Source: Octopus vulgaris (Eukaryota). From it: DNA of 64,000 nt. Positions 23,005 to 37,827 of the stretch are shown here, piece by piece. The stretch covers positions 153,388,001 through 153,452,000 of the forward strand of contig OX597814.1 of NCBI GenBank assembly GCA_951406725.2. The letters run 5' to 3'. The position numbers and the translations under genes were made by a program. The stretch's first letter is position 1. Each line of letters begins with the position of its first letter. The notes under the pieces are model-generated. The model was not told where the DNA came from. It searched no databases and saw only the letters and a program-made list of their open reading frames with translations.

Positions 23005-26000
23005 CTATAAAACTTGACTGAATATCAAAATAAAGGCAAGATAGCTTGATTGCCAATTGTTAACAGAAAAAGGTATTTGTTAGGGGATGGAGAATTTTAG
23101 ATAATAACATGCTCCAGTTTGATAGTAAAAGATAATTCTTGATGGAGAAAGACTATGAAGTAACAAGGCAAGATTATTCAGGATTGAGAATAAAAAATAA
23201 TACTGTACTGCAAGTAGAGCAAACCAAACCAACATATGAAAATTAAAAGTAAAAAATGATTAAAACAAGAGATTAATAAAATGTTTCCCTTCTATTATTC
23301 CTTCACAGCTGAGAAATCAAACAGACTTTACATACTATATTAAAAATTAATCTAAAACTATATATGAAAGTAATTTCTATATTCTTTTTCCATACCAGCA
23401 CACACTCAGCTAACAAGTAATTAAAAGAAAAGTTAGTCATAGGAAGGTGTATGAACTTTGCAGGCATCTATTGCCATGAGTGGTGATATTGATACCAAGT
23501 TCAACTCAAACATCTGTAGTTTAATGTTTACATGAAATATAAGCAGGGGTAGAATTTAGGAGAGTTGTAATTCAGGGGAGGGGAGGGGAAAAGACAGTTA
23601 AGGGTGACAGATGCATTGCGTCAGGTGGGCTCACGTGGAGAAAGTATGCAGCTAATTAGTTCAGACTAGAGAAGCAGTGCAATAGGAATAGAAGAGTGTA
23701 CTTAATAAATTACAAGTTGTTAATTGGCTTATATCAAATGGTTTTGAAATAATAATAAATGATGTAGAATTGATTAATAGTAAAGATAAATTTATTAGCT
23801 GGGTTGAATTTTCATTTTAAAACCTTCCTAAAATTAAAATCAAAGCAACAAAATTATTATTATCCTTATTCTTTTTATTAAAGTTTAAAGAATGTTCTTT
23901 TTTACAGCAACATGCACAGCTGACATTAAATGAAGGTCTTCAATAACTTCCATGCTAATTCTAACTTATAGTTAGGATTTTAATGGAACGGAGACAAAAT
24001 TTGTTTCCTCCTTTGATGTTATCAGAAAAAAAAAAAAAAATTCAGTAAAACAAAATAAAATGCCGATAAAAGAATCTGTTAGAAATGAGCATTTATTTAA
24101 ATTATCTTTTAAAAGATTGCCTTGCATAATTCTTTAAGAAAATCTCTGATGGAGGGGAAAAAGTAGAAAATGTGATTTAGAATACCATTTAGTTCTGAAG
24201 GCAACTAATTTTTTTGTTCCAAATTATAATAGATAATATACTGGCTATTGTAATATTCCCAGGAAAGTTTGTGATTATAAAACTTATGAGGTAAACGGGG
24301 TTGTGAGTACATGTGAAGTGACAGCAGAATACTTATAAAATGTTCATCTATTTTGTTGTTGACCTTTTAAAATATACATGGCGAGAGGAGCAAATATTAG
24401 AGCCCACAAAATTTGAGTGACTCATCAGTTTTTTGTTTGACTTGATCCAAGAGCAATTTTTTTTTTCCATTTATCTAATTCTTTTTATTCTTTTACTTGA
24501 TTCAGTAATTTGACTGTGGCCATGATGGATCACCCTGTTAAAGGGAGTTAGTCAAAGAAATTGACCCCAGGACTTATTCTCTGTAAGCCTAGTACTTATT
24601 CTATTGGTCTCTTTTGCTGGACCATTAAGTTATGGGCACCTAAACACACCAGCATTGGTTGTCAAGTGATGGTGAGGGGACAAACACACACACACATATA
24701 TATATATGCACAACAGGCTTCTTCCAGTTTCCGTCTACCAAATCCACTCACAAGGCCTTGGTTGGCCCGAGGCTATAGTGAAAGACATTTGCCCAAGGTA
24801 CCATGCAGTGAGACTGAACCCAGAACCATGTGGTTGGGAAGCAAGCTTCTTACCCCACAGTCACACCTGCTCCTATATATACATATACATACATATATAT
24901 ATATATATATACATACATACATACACAAAAGATTAGTAATACACAAGGGTAAAAATCAGCTGCTATATCTCTTATCTTTCTGAATGAAGAATACTGTATA
25001 AAAGCAGTATATATTATCAAGAAATCAAATTTCATGCAATTAGTCTTGGATATCTTTTCTTTTCTTTTACTTGTTTCAGCCATAGAACTGTGGCCATTCT
25101 AGGGAACCATCTTGAAGGGTTTTAGCCAAATTCAGTATGTATGTTTTAAGTTTGGTTCTTATTCTATCAGTCTCCCTTGCTGAAACACTAAGTTTTAGGG
25201 GATGTAAACAAACCAGCACCAGTTGTCATGTGGTGGTGGTGGAACAGACACACACACATATACATACAGTCTACCAAATTCACTCACAAGACATTGGTCA
25301 GCTCAGTGCTGTGGTATAAGAAACTTGTCCAAGACGCCATGTGATAGGATTGAACCTGAAGCAATGTGGTCACAAAGCAAGCTAGTCTGGAAATAGTACA
25401 TAGACATTCAATGTAAGACAAATTTTGTGGGCAGAAAGCTTTTGTATGATTTAGGACTTATGTTAGCCCTAATTGAGCAGGCACTCCAGCTGTGACCATT
25501 CCATCTTTTTTTGATATTAGGGTATTTAGGATTCTATTATGCTATGTAAAAGTCCTTTTTAACTCTAGGAAGTAATTTGAGGTAGATTTACCTTTTACTT
25601 CCATTAGGTCAAGTGACTATATAGGTCACCTTGTTGGATTGTGTTTCCATACATACTGTTGACCATGTGTTTATATTTGCAGTAGCAACCATCAGGGTGT
25701 AATGAGTCATGTTTAACAATGTAAAACATCTTGAAACATGATAAATTGATTGATTGTTTGAATACCCCATTTCTCAGTGCAAATTATAGCAAAAGGGGTG
25801 GGAGAGTCTTTACCTGGTTACATACAAACCTAAAGGTTTTATACATAAATACATACATGTGTATGTGTGTGCATGTGTAGATGTATAATACAAAGAAAAT
25901 ACTTGAAATACTTTCCTAACAGAACGATTTACAATTCTTTCTGTATCTTTGGGTCATAAAATTTATCTAAAAAAATATTTACATAACTGTTTAAGAGACA

Positions 26001-28049
26001 GCAAGAGGAAAAGAGGAGAGACAAAGCAAAAGTGAGCGTGTGGTTGTGTGTGTGTGGGCATGCAAGATATCATTTGTCAATTTTTCATGGATAAACCTTT
26101 GGTAAAGCAATAACTATTTAAACACATCAGAATGACCCTCAAATCCAGACCCCTGAATATGGCCCACTTTAGTATCCTGTGGTACTATAGTACTGCCCAG
26201 ATAAAAGGCACATTTTCATCTAGTTTACTGCCTAGTTGTTATGAAAAGTTTGATGGCTAAGTGATGATTCTTTTGAAGACAAGTGTCTATGGGACTTATA
26301 TGGGTAATATGAAACAGAATAAATAAAGTAGGTTTTAAGTTTGTTTGGCTAAGATATGAGAGAGAATGGATTTAGAATGGGCTGTTTGTTTTTTTACAAG
26401 TTTGTAGTTTAGCCCCCGGTCAGATGAAACTGAGCAGACCTATGACTAAAGGCATTCCAGCCATGAAGAGTCTGTCCTCCTCTCAAGTATTGCATATATA
26501 GGATTACATCATGTTATGTATTCTACCTTTTGTAACATAGGGAGTATTTTGAGGGAGACTTGATTGCTATTTCTATTCCAGCACTGGCCTAACAGTTATT
26601 GCATCAAGATGCTAGCAAACACATCTAGTTGTCGGGTCATACATCAGATGGAATAAACAGCAGTTATTGAAGATCAGATGTTTCAACAGCTAAATAATGT
26701 CCATTGTAGCACTAACGACTGTGAATAAATATAAATGGTAGTATTTTAATACCTGTTTCAAGAAGAAAAAAATTTAATCCTATGACCAATCACGCAGTGA
26801 TCGTTGCAATTACTCCATCATATAACAGTCATCATCATAATCACATTCACCACAGTCACCTTCTGCACCACCAATGTTAACCACCACCACCACAAATATG
26901 TTTCACTTTTTAATAATTACAAACTGAAGGTGTGATTTGAAATTTTCAGTTAATAAAAAAGGAAAAGAAAGATGTGAATGAATATCAAAACATTTTCAAA
27001 AGTAACAACTCATGCACATAGATTAAAAGTTTATAGCATGAATATATTTAATTCTAATTATATACAACTGAAATCCATTAATCTATGGAAAGAAAAAATA
27101 AAACTAGCAGGAAAGGAAGTAAGAAATCTTAAAGCAAGAGAAGTGATGATGATGGGAGTGTTCCAACAGCAGAGAAACCTGAATCCTTGAACATAAAAAC
27201 CTAAGACCTAACATGTTTACGCATATGCACACAAATGCACATGCCACACATAATCACAAGATTACAGTATGTGTTATGAATGAATATTTAAAGTCACATC
27301 TATAGATAATGATGATGACAACAGCAATGCATTTAATAAAAATACATTTAATGTCATAAAAGTTGGTCTGAAGGTTAAATCTTAGGACTTTAGTAGATTG
27401 GAACAGAGACTGAACCTTCATTAAAGACTTGTCATAGATTGCTTTACCTCTGTCTTTCAAACTCCAGAAACAATAGAGAACTACTTAGAAGTAAAAAACA
27501 GAAAAAAACAAAAGTAAATCAGGCATAACAAAATTTACATAACGATACAAGATTGCTGTCCAGACATTAATAACTAGAATATCAATAAAGCATCATAAAC
27601 TCTTTCACAAGACAAATATCAACATTATTTTTACACCCACTATCCATGCTGACATGGGTTAGCATATGAACACTAGAAGACTTGGTTTACACACACACAC
27701 ACACACACACACACAAGAATAGAAGCTAACAATTTCACTTCAGAGAAACATACTACAAATTACAGAGAGAAAAGTAGAGAAGAAAAATAGATATATCGAT
27801 AGAATGAGAGAGAAAGAAAACAGAGAGAGTGATGCAGTTTCATACTTTTATTAATGTTTAATACAACAAATGACCATAACCTTTTAATTTTTTTTACTTG
27901 TTTCAGCCACTGGTCTGTGGCCATGCAGGGGCACTACCTTGAAGGATTTAGTCAAACAAATTGACTTATTTTTTAAAGTCTGGTACTTGTCCTATTGGTC
28001 TCTTTTACCAAATCATGAAGTAACAGGTACATAAACAAACAAATACCAG

Positions 28050-28096
<47 letters not shown>

Positions 28097-31000
28097 ACAA
28101 ACACACACACATACATATATGTGGCAGGCTTCCACACAGTTTCCATCTACCAAATTCACTCCAACTTCATTTGTAAGGTAAAACTTGTAATGAAAAGAGT
28201 GAAATAAGACAATGATTTTTGTACCTCCTCTGAATATTTGATATTTCAACATTTCAACAACAAATGCACAGTATTTACTGCTCAAACCCTGATGAGAAGT
28301 GGGGGAGTGGGAGACAAGAAAATGGTAAAATATTTGCTACACTGTTACCACCTAATTTCCCTAGTGGCAGAATGTAACAGAAACACCCGAGGAGGGTTTT
28401 TCTGCTGCACCCTACCAACCTGTATAATGTCACAGTAAGAGAAAGGACAGTAATTTGTCAGAATTGTTGAAGTGTTGGACAAAATGCCTTACTGTATTTA
28501 ACTGCAGACTATTATATTCAGAATTTAAATCCCACCATTCTGTCTGTTATCCTTCAAGGGTTGATAAATACTGGGGTCAATTTAATCTGCTACACTCTCC
28601 TCCAAAAGACGGTAGCCTTGTATCAATGCTAGAAATCAATATTATATTACATTAAGCAATTTTGATAGCAATATCAATCAAACCTTTATAAAAAGTTTAC
28701 GCCACATGTATGTATGTTATATACACACTCATATGTGTATGTGTGTGTATAAATGATATCAAATGAAAATGTGGCTACTATAGCTCAGTAAAACAATAGA
28801 ATAGAAAACAGATTATCATCTAGTAACAAATCTTAGTAGCAGTGGTAGTGGAGATGATGGTGGCTATAGGTACGGCATTGTAATGCATTATAGGAGTTGT
28901 GGTAATGATGGTAACATGAATGTAGAATAGCAGACAAGAGTTCTAACTGGTGGCAGTAGTATTTTTAAAATAGCTGTGGTAATGGACAACGGTCGCGGCA
29001 GCAGAACATTTCAGCATCACTTTAGTAGCAACGGTATTTGTAGTTGAGGCAACAGTAATAGCAGTGGTGGTATAAGTAGCAGCAGATGTATAGCCTCGAT
29101 CAGTCGCAAGCTTGATTAATACAAACAACTTATTGATTTCAAAACAACTTCCTCCCACCTGGCATTCTTGAAGAAAAATTTAAATTACATTCTCCCCTGC
29201 TTTAAAAATAAATAAAACAGAAATATTAATCACTTTTGATTTGATTTCAGTTTAAAAATCCACAGGAATTCAAAAGAAATCAAATTACTGAAGCTAAAAC
29301 CTTCCTTAGAGGCTGGAACCCATACTGTGCCTGATGTGTATCAACAAAATGGGATTAGATTTGAACAAGACTACCTCTAAGTGACCACTCAGATTAGCAG
29401 AAATAGCAGCTAAATCTGTATCATAAAAACAAGACACATAGGCTAATGCTGTCCTATGTATGCTTATTTGAATAATAAAACAATGGTCATGGTTGGAACA
29501 TCTTTGATCATAGGTTTGCTTTATTGAAGCTGAACTGGACAGAAGAATGATAAAAAAGTTGACAATTTAAATTGAAAATCACAAGCAGTCTCAGTGAAAG
29601 GAATCTTGTAGAAGGGGAAGAATTGGTGAAGGTTCAGATCTCAGAATGCTGGACTTTATGAAGGAGGTGACAAGGGTGTGCAATAAGTAGCAAGATACTG
29701 TGCTGGAGAGAACCAACCTAACTAATGTAAGCATGGGGGGTGGGGGCAGTGATAAAGTGAGGATTGCTCAGCAAAAACCCTAGCAAATACAAAGCATACT
29801 GTCACAACAGCTGTCAAATAATGGATACTGTCAGTGAGTGAAGTTGTGCAAGACCCTTTGCTATGTTTATTTTTATTAAGGTTTATTATACAAAACAAAC
29901 CTTTGAAAAATGCTTCATTTTAAAAACTTCATGGAATAATACTAGTACAAAGGGAGATAGTGTTAAGAGAAATGATATATTTCACACAAGACAGATATAT
30001 GAGCTAATAACTTGGTATGTGATATAATGAGGAGGCAATCCAGTGAAACAGAAAATTTTAAAATTAATCATTGAGGGTGTGTGTGTGTGTGGTTCTGTGA
30101 TACAAAGTTTACTTCCAAACCACATGATTCTACTGCATGGCGTCTTGGGTAAGTGTCTTCTACCACAGCCTTGGACCAACCAGAGCCTCATGAGTAGATT
30201 TGGTAGATGGAAACTGAAAAGATGCCCTTGTCTTGACATTGTGTGATAATTTAGTGTCACTGTCATGCAACCAGTGTCCTTCATTTCCAATCTTCTGTGA
30301 AAACATATCTGTCCAGGAGGAAATATTACTGCACTTGAAAATAGGAGGGTTGGCAACAGGAGGTGCATACAGCCATAGAGAAATTCAGATCAACAAATCC
30401 TAAGCAATCTATGCAACCATGGAAAAGTGAATGTTAAAACGATGATGATGATGATGATATAGGCTCTTGAAATTCGAATAAGTGTACGAATCATTCGAGC
30501 AAGTTGCTTTTCTTAAGGGCAACTAATGAACTATAAGCTGGACACAATCTTAGTTTCAGTTTACCTGGCTAGAGTATATAGAATAATCAGCCTTGCAGTA
30601 GGAATAATGCTATGTCAACAACAAAGGAAAACTATATCATACATTATTATTTTAAGATTAACAACAGATGCCTGCATACAGTTTCTCAAATGAAATTAAT
30701 ACAATGCATCAATTATGCATTTTAACCTCAAGCCAGCCTTAATCCAGCAAACTTCTAATTAAAGATGTTCCGGTTATGACCAACCAGTCTTTTATTTTTT
30801 TTGTTCTAGACTATCTAGGACTAACTAATCTTATAACTCCTTTTATAAAACAAGGTGTGATTTAACTGCCATTTCTTGTGCACTAGTTAAAAGGTTTGAA
30901 GTATGTAACATTTGGGAAACCTTTAAGAATGGTAAATTTCTCAAAATATTTTCAGATAAACTTATGTAAGAATAAATAATGAAATCAAATGTTTCCAAGG

Positions 31001-31859
31001 TTATTAGTTTTGTATCATCACTCTACTCTAAATAAAATAATTTTATTCATTAAATCCAGACGATTATTATTGATCATCACTGCTGTCAGTAGACTGTAGT
31101 GAAATGATAACAATCTCCAAATTTCAGCAAAATTTATTTCTATAGGAATAATTAACTAATAGTCTTCAGCTGGGGTGGTATAGTTTCCATAATACCTTAT
31201 TCTACATTTGGATCAATTGAGGAGGAATAGCTAAAACAACTCCTGTGGTTATGGTAAAGTGACAAATGCCATTATTAAGTAACAAATTCAAAGCAAACAA
31301 TATTAGCTGGTCAAATAAAAAGAACACTTGTAATAGTTGCTAGACAATCTCACAAGATGAGTATTGTTTGGCTAAATGGGAAGATCAAATTAGTGTCAAT
31401 CAAAATTTGCAGCTAAAACAGATACTCAGAAATAGCTAATTGCTTTGACTTCTAAACTATTCAAAATTCTCACTATGAATAATAAATAAATAATAAAACA
31501 AATAATACAATACAATAATAATAATTTTTTTAGGCAGATATACTCAATAACTTACCCTAGTAGATATTTTATGCCCTTCAAAGGCAAAATTTACTTCACC
31601 AAGATTACAATTTAGATTATAAATATGGCTCTGTGCAGTAAGAAGCTTGCTTCCCAACAACATGGTTCTAGGTTCAGTCCCATTGTATGACACCCTGGGC
31701 AAGCGTCTTCTACCAGAACCTTGGGCCAACAAGATGATTCGATGACAACAACAAGAACAGCTTCACAAAGGTCTCAAAGAGATCATGAAAATCCCACCTC
31801 CTCACCCTCATCTAATAGTACAAAGCTAAATCTCTAAAAAAAAAAAAGAAGTTTATTGC

Positions 31860-32052
31860 AAAGTCTAGCATTCACCATGATAGATCGCTAGCCACTACAT
31901 ATTCTTTATTTTCTCTCCTTGTTTCTTTCTGTGGAAGAGCATAGGCTCGAAATGTTAAAGACTTTTTCACTTCCTGAGCGTTAAACTAATACATCTGTTT
32001 GTTGTCTACACCACTTACCTTCGTCTTTTGTTTTTTTTGTGAATTCTCTCCC
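31860..32052 (+). mobile_element. Penelope-type terminal unit with a minimal hammerhead motif (subfamily 2)
   Basis: 31924-31961 reads tcttt CTGTGGA a GAGC atag GCTC GAAA tgtt aaaga; the 3' end abuts (TA)n. Confidence 0.65.
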
Positions 32053-32224
32053 TATATATACATATATATATGGTTCTGCAATTTAGAAGTTTGCTTAGTA
32101 ACCATGTGGCTTTGGGTTTAGTTCCACTGCATACCACATTGGACAAATATCTTCTATAGCCTCAGGCTGACCAGTGGCTTGTGAGAGAATGTGGTAAACA
32201 GAAATTGCGTGGAAGTTCATATAT

Positions 32225-32636
32225 ACTCTTACTCTTTTACTTGTTTCAGTCATTTGACTGTGGCCATGCTGGAGCATCGCCTTTAGTCGAGCAAATCGAC
32301 CCCGGGACTTATTCTTTGTAAGCCCAGTACTTATTCTATCAGTCTCTTTTGCCGAACCTGCTAAGTGACGGGGACGTAAACATACCAGCATTCGGTTGTC
32401 AAGCAATGCTAGGGGGACAAACACAGACACACAAACACACACACATACATATATATATATATACATATATACGACAGGCTTCTTTCAGTTTCTGTCTACC
32501 AAATCCACTCACAAGGCATTGGTCGGCCCGGGGCTATAGCAGAAGACACTTGCCCAAGATGCCACGCAGTGGGACTGAACCCGGAACCATGTGGTTGTTT
32601 AGCAAGCTACTTACCACACAGCCACTCCTGCGCCTA
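32225..32636 (-). mobile_element. tRNA-derived SINE, family A, full length and little diverged
   Basis: Close reverse-complement match to 12038-12488; preceded by an oppositely oriented partial copy at ~32070-32220. Confidence 0.92.
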
Positions 32637-32963
32637 TATATTAAATCATCATCATAATCATTTAAAATCTATCTTCCATGCTGGCATGATTTGGATGATT
32701 TGCTGGAAGGTAGTAAGCCAGAGGACTGCACCAAGCTCCACTGTCTACTTTGGCTATGGCTGGATGTCCTTCCATGTGTGTGTGTCCCACACACACTACT
32801 TGATAATCGTGGCAGTTTATTTATGTCCCCATAACTTAGCAGTTCAGCAAAAGAGACCAAATAAGTGTTAGACTTGAAAAGAAAAAAATTTATGGGGTTA
32901 ATTTCTTTGAATAAGCCCTTCAAGGCAGTGTCCCAGCATGGTCACACTTCAATGGCTGAAAGG

Positions 32964-32994
<31 letters not shown>

Positions 32995-32998
32995 CATG

Positions 32999-33030
<32 letters not shown>

Positions 33031-34237
33031 CATGCACACACACACACACACGTGCGCGACAAACACCATCCATCAAAGCTTAATTTTTTTGTCAACAAAT
33101 TACTGTTGAACATAAAAAACATCTCTCTTATATCATATAAAAGTCTGAGTCAAGTCTTTCAGCTGTCCTTGGTTATATTACATTTATAGACATGACACTA
33201 TATCACAAAGTGTCTACCACAACCAGAGGCCACTAAATTGATGAACCACCACATTTTATCAAAACCTTATCCATCATTTTGTTGTATTAATTATACAAAG
33301 TGTCAAACATAATAACAGCGATTAGTCCACAGACAACCAAGACTGCAGTCTCGTCTCAATCTATAGATGTAAACATTTTAATTCACTTACTCAAAGTTAT
33401 AGAAGTTAACATTTCCCTTTTTCCCTAGCCTTAAAAGAAAAAAAAAAGTTTTTCAGTTCATGCTTGCATCTGTTTAACTATGGAGAATATGAAGTTTTTA
33501 AACTGTACAGTGAAATTTCAAACCGAATCCTACATTTCAATGAGAAATTGATAAGTTGAGGGATGTGCTCCACCAGGTTTAAAATGCCCAAGACATGCCT
33601 AATGGTATGATTGGATGCAACCACATACAGATACAGAGTTTTGGAGTCTAAATGGGAGTTGTCTGAATGAATGAATGAATGAATGAATATACACCAAAAT
33701 CAGGGTGAACTCTTGTCTTCAAATAGGTATAGGTTTGGGTATATAAAGAAGGAAAAGTACCCAAAGCATCTAAGTAGATTATTTATACAGAAGAAGGCAT
33801 GGCTGTGCAGTTAAGTTTGCTTTGAAACCACAATTTCAGGTTCAGTCCCACTGTACAGCACCTTGGACAAGTGTCTAGTCCAGTGTGTGTGTGTGTGTGC
33901 GTGTGCGCACATGTATCATTGTGTTTCTCAACCCACAGCTTGACATAAGGTGTAGACTTGTTTAAATCCTTGTAACATGGCAGTATGGTAGAAGGGACTG
34001 ATGAAATAAATACTAGACTTAAAAATAGAAATAAGTACTGGGGCCAATTTGTTCAACTAAACTCATGTCCCAGCATGGCCACAGATCAATGACTTAAACA
34101 AGTCAAAGATAAAAGATCCAAAACCAATAATTCACTTAGACTGAATCATCAGCCTAGAATATATATATACACACAGAGTAATACCTTGGTTTTCAAACAA
34201 CTCTGATCAAGAATAAATTGTGCTTTATATATATTCA

Positions 34238-34450
34238 AAATGTGACCGCGTGTGTACTGTTGGCGAATTTTTTTCCTCTGTCTTCCCTTCTCTAGATCTT
34301 TCCTTTTCCTATGTTTCTGACAAAGAGCTCCGCTCGAAACGTTAAACCTTCCTTCTTCCCTTCCTTCCTGAGTGTCCAATAATACTATATTTGTTCCACG
34401 TCCTCGCATTGTTGTGTTTTCTCTTTGTGTTTTCATGTTTGGATTAACTT
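34238..34450 (+). mobile_element. Penelope-type terminal unit with a minimal hammerhead motif (subfamily 1)
   Basis: 34313-34347 reads gttt CTGACAA a GAGC tcc GCTC GAAAC GTT aaac. The unit ends gtttggattaact followed by (TA)n and is homologous to the units in 48753-49156. Confidence 0.75.
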
Positions 34451-36148
34451 TATATATATATATATATATATATAAAGCACAATTTATTCATGATCAGAGA
34501 TGTTCGTAAACTGAGGTACTACTGTATTAAATGAATATGTGAAAGAGAGGAGATAAAGCACGATTTATACGTGATCAGCACTGTTCGAAAATCAAGGTAC
34601 TACTATATACATATATAATCCAATTGGCAGACTTCTGCATAGCTTCCATCTCTCTAGTTTGACTCAGGAGGATTGGGCTGACTTGAAACTATGGTAAAAA
34701 GATACTAAGAAGTTCACAAACACAGAGTTCCGGAATTGATCCCACTGAATGGTAGCTTGGGCAAGTACCTTTTACTATAGCTTCAAGTCAATCCAAGCTT
34801 TCTGAATGAAACCAGGTAGGAAGAAGCTGTACAGAAGTCTGTCAGTTAGATTACACCTGTAATTTAAAAGTTTAGCCGTAACATTATGCTGATTGTGCTC
34901 GAGTACTGCATCAAGCATATTTGTAGACATTCAGCTGCTTATACACCAATTCAATGAGCAGGTACTTCCGTTCATCAAACAACTGGATGCTCACCAACGA
35001 AGATCCATTTTACAAATAATGAAGCAGTTATATTCTAGAAACAACATATGCACATCTTAAGTTGAAAAATCTTATATCACCCACTGCTAGTGAAATTTTG
35101 TTGAATCCGGTCTTCATGTAAATTATCTTAACGGATGACTACACCCAATAGGAAACTAAATACTAAACAACACAAGAGTCTGTATGTATGTAATCTGAAG
35201 AGTCTAAATGTCTAAACAGAGTGCTCAATGCAGGCCTGTTGTAAAGTATGTAGAGTTGCTGTTAATCTTTCAGCTCAGCTCTAAGTTGACCAATGATTAA
35301 AGGCATTCAATTTACAAGAAACCATATTTTTTTTGACGTTTTCTCCCAAATATAATGTATCTAAAACCTCATCACCCAATGTCTTCCTTTTGAGACAATA
35401 AGAATATGATCTAAGGGAGATTTGGCACCTACTTTTAACATCAGTTTGAGTTACCAAAGTATATCCATTCTGCACTTTCAGTGAGATACTTGCCTGACTA
35501 CTTGTGTGACACCAACATGTGAATTTAAAAATATATAGCTGCATGCATATACACAAACATACATATTTTATTTGTTAGCATTTTTCAGTATCTAAAACAT
35601 TTTTCTTCAATAATACTCCACAATTTTTTTATTTTTAACTTGAAAGGTTCCTTGTCATTCTGAAACCTGAATGTAATTCAGAAACCTGTCCTAAAATGCC
35701 TAAATTTTAATTTAAATTCCATTGCTACTATCACAAACTGGAATTTTTCCAAATTTCATATTATTCCATTATCTGACTGAAGTAACTTATTTTTCTCCTT
35801 TCTAATTTGCATAAAAAAAAATACTAACAAATATGAGTTAAAAAATCTTAATGTGACCTTACATTAATAGCTAAATGACAGGTTTTCTAGTGTACTTAAG
35901 GAAGTTGATGAGTGAATCTAATCACCAACTCATGTGGAATTCAAGTCAGAAAAATGTCAACTGACACACTGATTGTAGCTGGAGTAAACTAATTTGAATT
36001 CAAACAGTATGGCGGCTGAGAGAAAATAGCTCTGAAGAACATTTTGCAAACTAACTACAGATTTAGTTAGTTCAGTTCTCACATATGTAGCATAAGCAAA
36101 CAAGGTAACTTAAATGACAAGTTGACCAAAATTTTTGGACAATGTAGA

Positions 36149-36566
36149 CAGGGGTTTCCCACCATTTTCATTGCATTTACCACCTAGCAACATTTTGAAA
36201 GCAAATTTGCCCCTATTCTGTTCTGTTCAACCATTTTATACTCCTACTACAATATAACAAATATGAAAAAGGAAATTTAAAATAATGTTGTCTGAACTTA
36301 ATGCTTAAAAACAGCAATGATAAAACAGCACAGAACACTGGTATGTTACTTATTTACAAACTAATGATAAACAGAGATACTGGAACCAAATAGTATAAAA
36401 TAAAGTTAGTATTTTTTCACAGAAGAGACCTACTTCAAATTTTCTTTTCAACTTAGGATTTACAAAAAAAAAAAAAAGTAAAAAGAAAGCACAAATCTCA
36501 AATCAACAAATTGACCCCCCTGGGTAAACAAAATTCACTCCTTGAGGGTAAGTGCCCCCACCACTG
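36149..36566. mobile_element. Possible degraded hAT-Charlie-type MITE
   Basis: Begins CAGGGGTTTCCCACC and ends ...CCACTG; no convincing TSD found. Confidence 0.35.
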
Positions 36567-37827
36567 TCGTTTTGAACATTCTTTCTCCTAACTATATCTT
36601 GATTTTGCAATCCAGAATACTTCATGTATCTAACCTTTTCATCTCAGAATCCTGGCAAACCTCCTGCTTTCTGCTTCTCTTTGGGCTATGTACACTTGTA
36701 AAACTTCTCTCTTACCTATATAATATCTCTCTTTGCCACCTACTTTCTTCCAGTCTTTTCAAGTCTCTCTCTTAGATTTTTATTGCTCTATTTACATTGC
36801 TATTTTACCACTGTGTTATCTTATGTGTTACTGCTACTTTGCCCCAGCCACAAAGCTGAGTTGTAACTTTCAGTAGATTGTGTTTTAATGTTATATATAA
36901 ACAATATAAACAAAATATACAAATGCACTCATTCTAACGATGCCAACATAGAAATGAGAAATTACATATTAAAGTAACCTAAAAATTGTAATAATTGTGG
37001 CTATAAATTGGTAATGACATTACATACAATAAACAAATTAACTAATAATCAGTAATAGTGCACTATAACAACTGGACAATAAATAACTAATATGACTGAT
37101 TCTTGAGGCAAATGAATGGTAGAAACCTCAGAGGTACTTAGTATCATGGTCAGCAAGTTAGCAGAAGGAATGACATTCCAGTTTCTCAGAGTGTGAAATG
37201 AGAAGGTTCTAGTACAATATTCTTTTATCTTCTACTTGTTTCAGTCATGCAGGGGTACCACTTTGAAAGGTTTAGTTGAATAAATTAATTCCAGTACTCA
37301 TTGTTCAAAGTCTGGTAGTAATCTTATCAGTTTCTTTTGCCAAACAATTAAGTTATGGGGACAAAAACAAACAAACACCAGCTATCAAGTGGTTACAGTG
37401 GGAGACACAAACACAAAGGCACACACATATACATATATATACAATAGGCATCTTTTAGCTTCCCTCTACCAAGTCTTCTCACAAGGCTTTGATTGACCCA
37501 AGGCTATTGTAGAAGACACTTACTCAGGGTGCCATGCAGAGGGACTGAACCCTAAACCATGAGGTTGGGAAGCAAACTTCTTACCACACAGTGGTGCCTA
37601 CAGCTGTTGATAGTTTGAAAATGCTGATACCCAGTATAAGTGCTGGTAATCTATATGAAGGTTAGGAATATCAATCAAACAGTTCATAAAGATCAGTATT
37701 CAACTAATTATTGAAACAATTTAATTCCTGATAATCTCACAACTGTGTATACTGAATTCATAAGGAAGAGTGCCATATTCAGAACACAGCATTTATAGAT
37801 CAATCAAAATCCATAATTTATTCTCTG

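Noticed and set aside
27254-27460. 68-aa minus-strand ORF
   Set aside because: No recognisable domain or convincing splice sites; its length is expected by chance.
28830-29100. Thr/Ala-rich ORF 28943..29158
   Set aside because: A decayed (GTA/GCA/GTG) trinucleotide tract.
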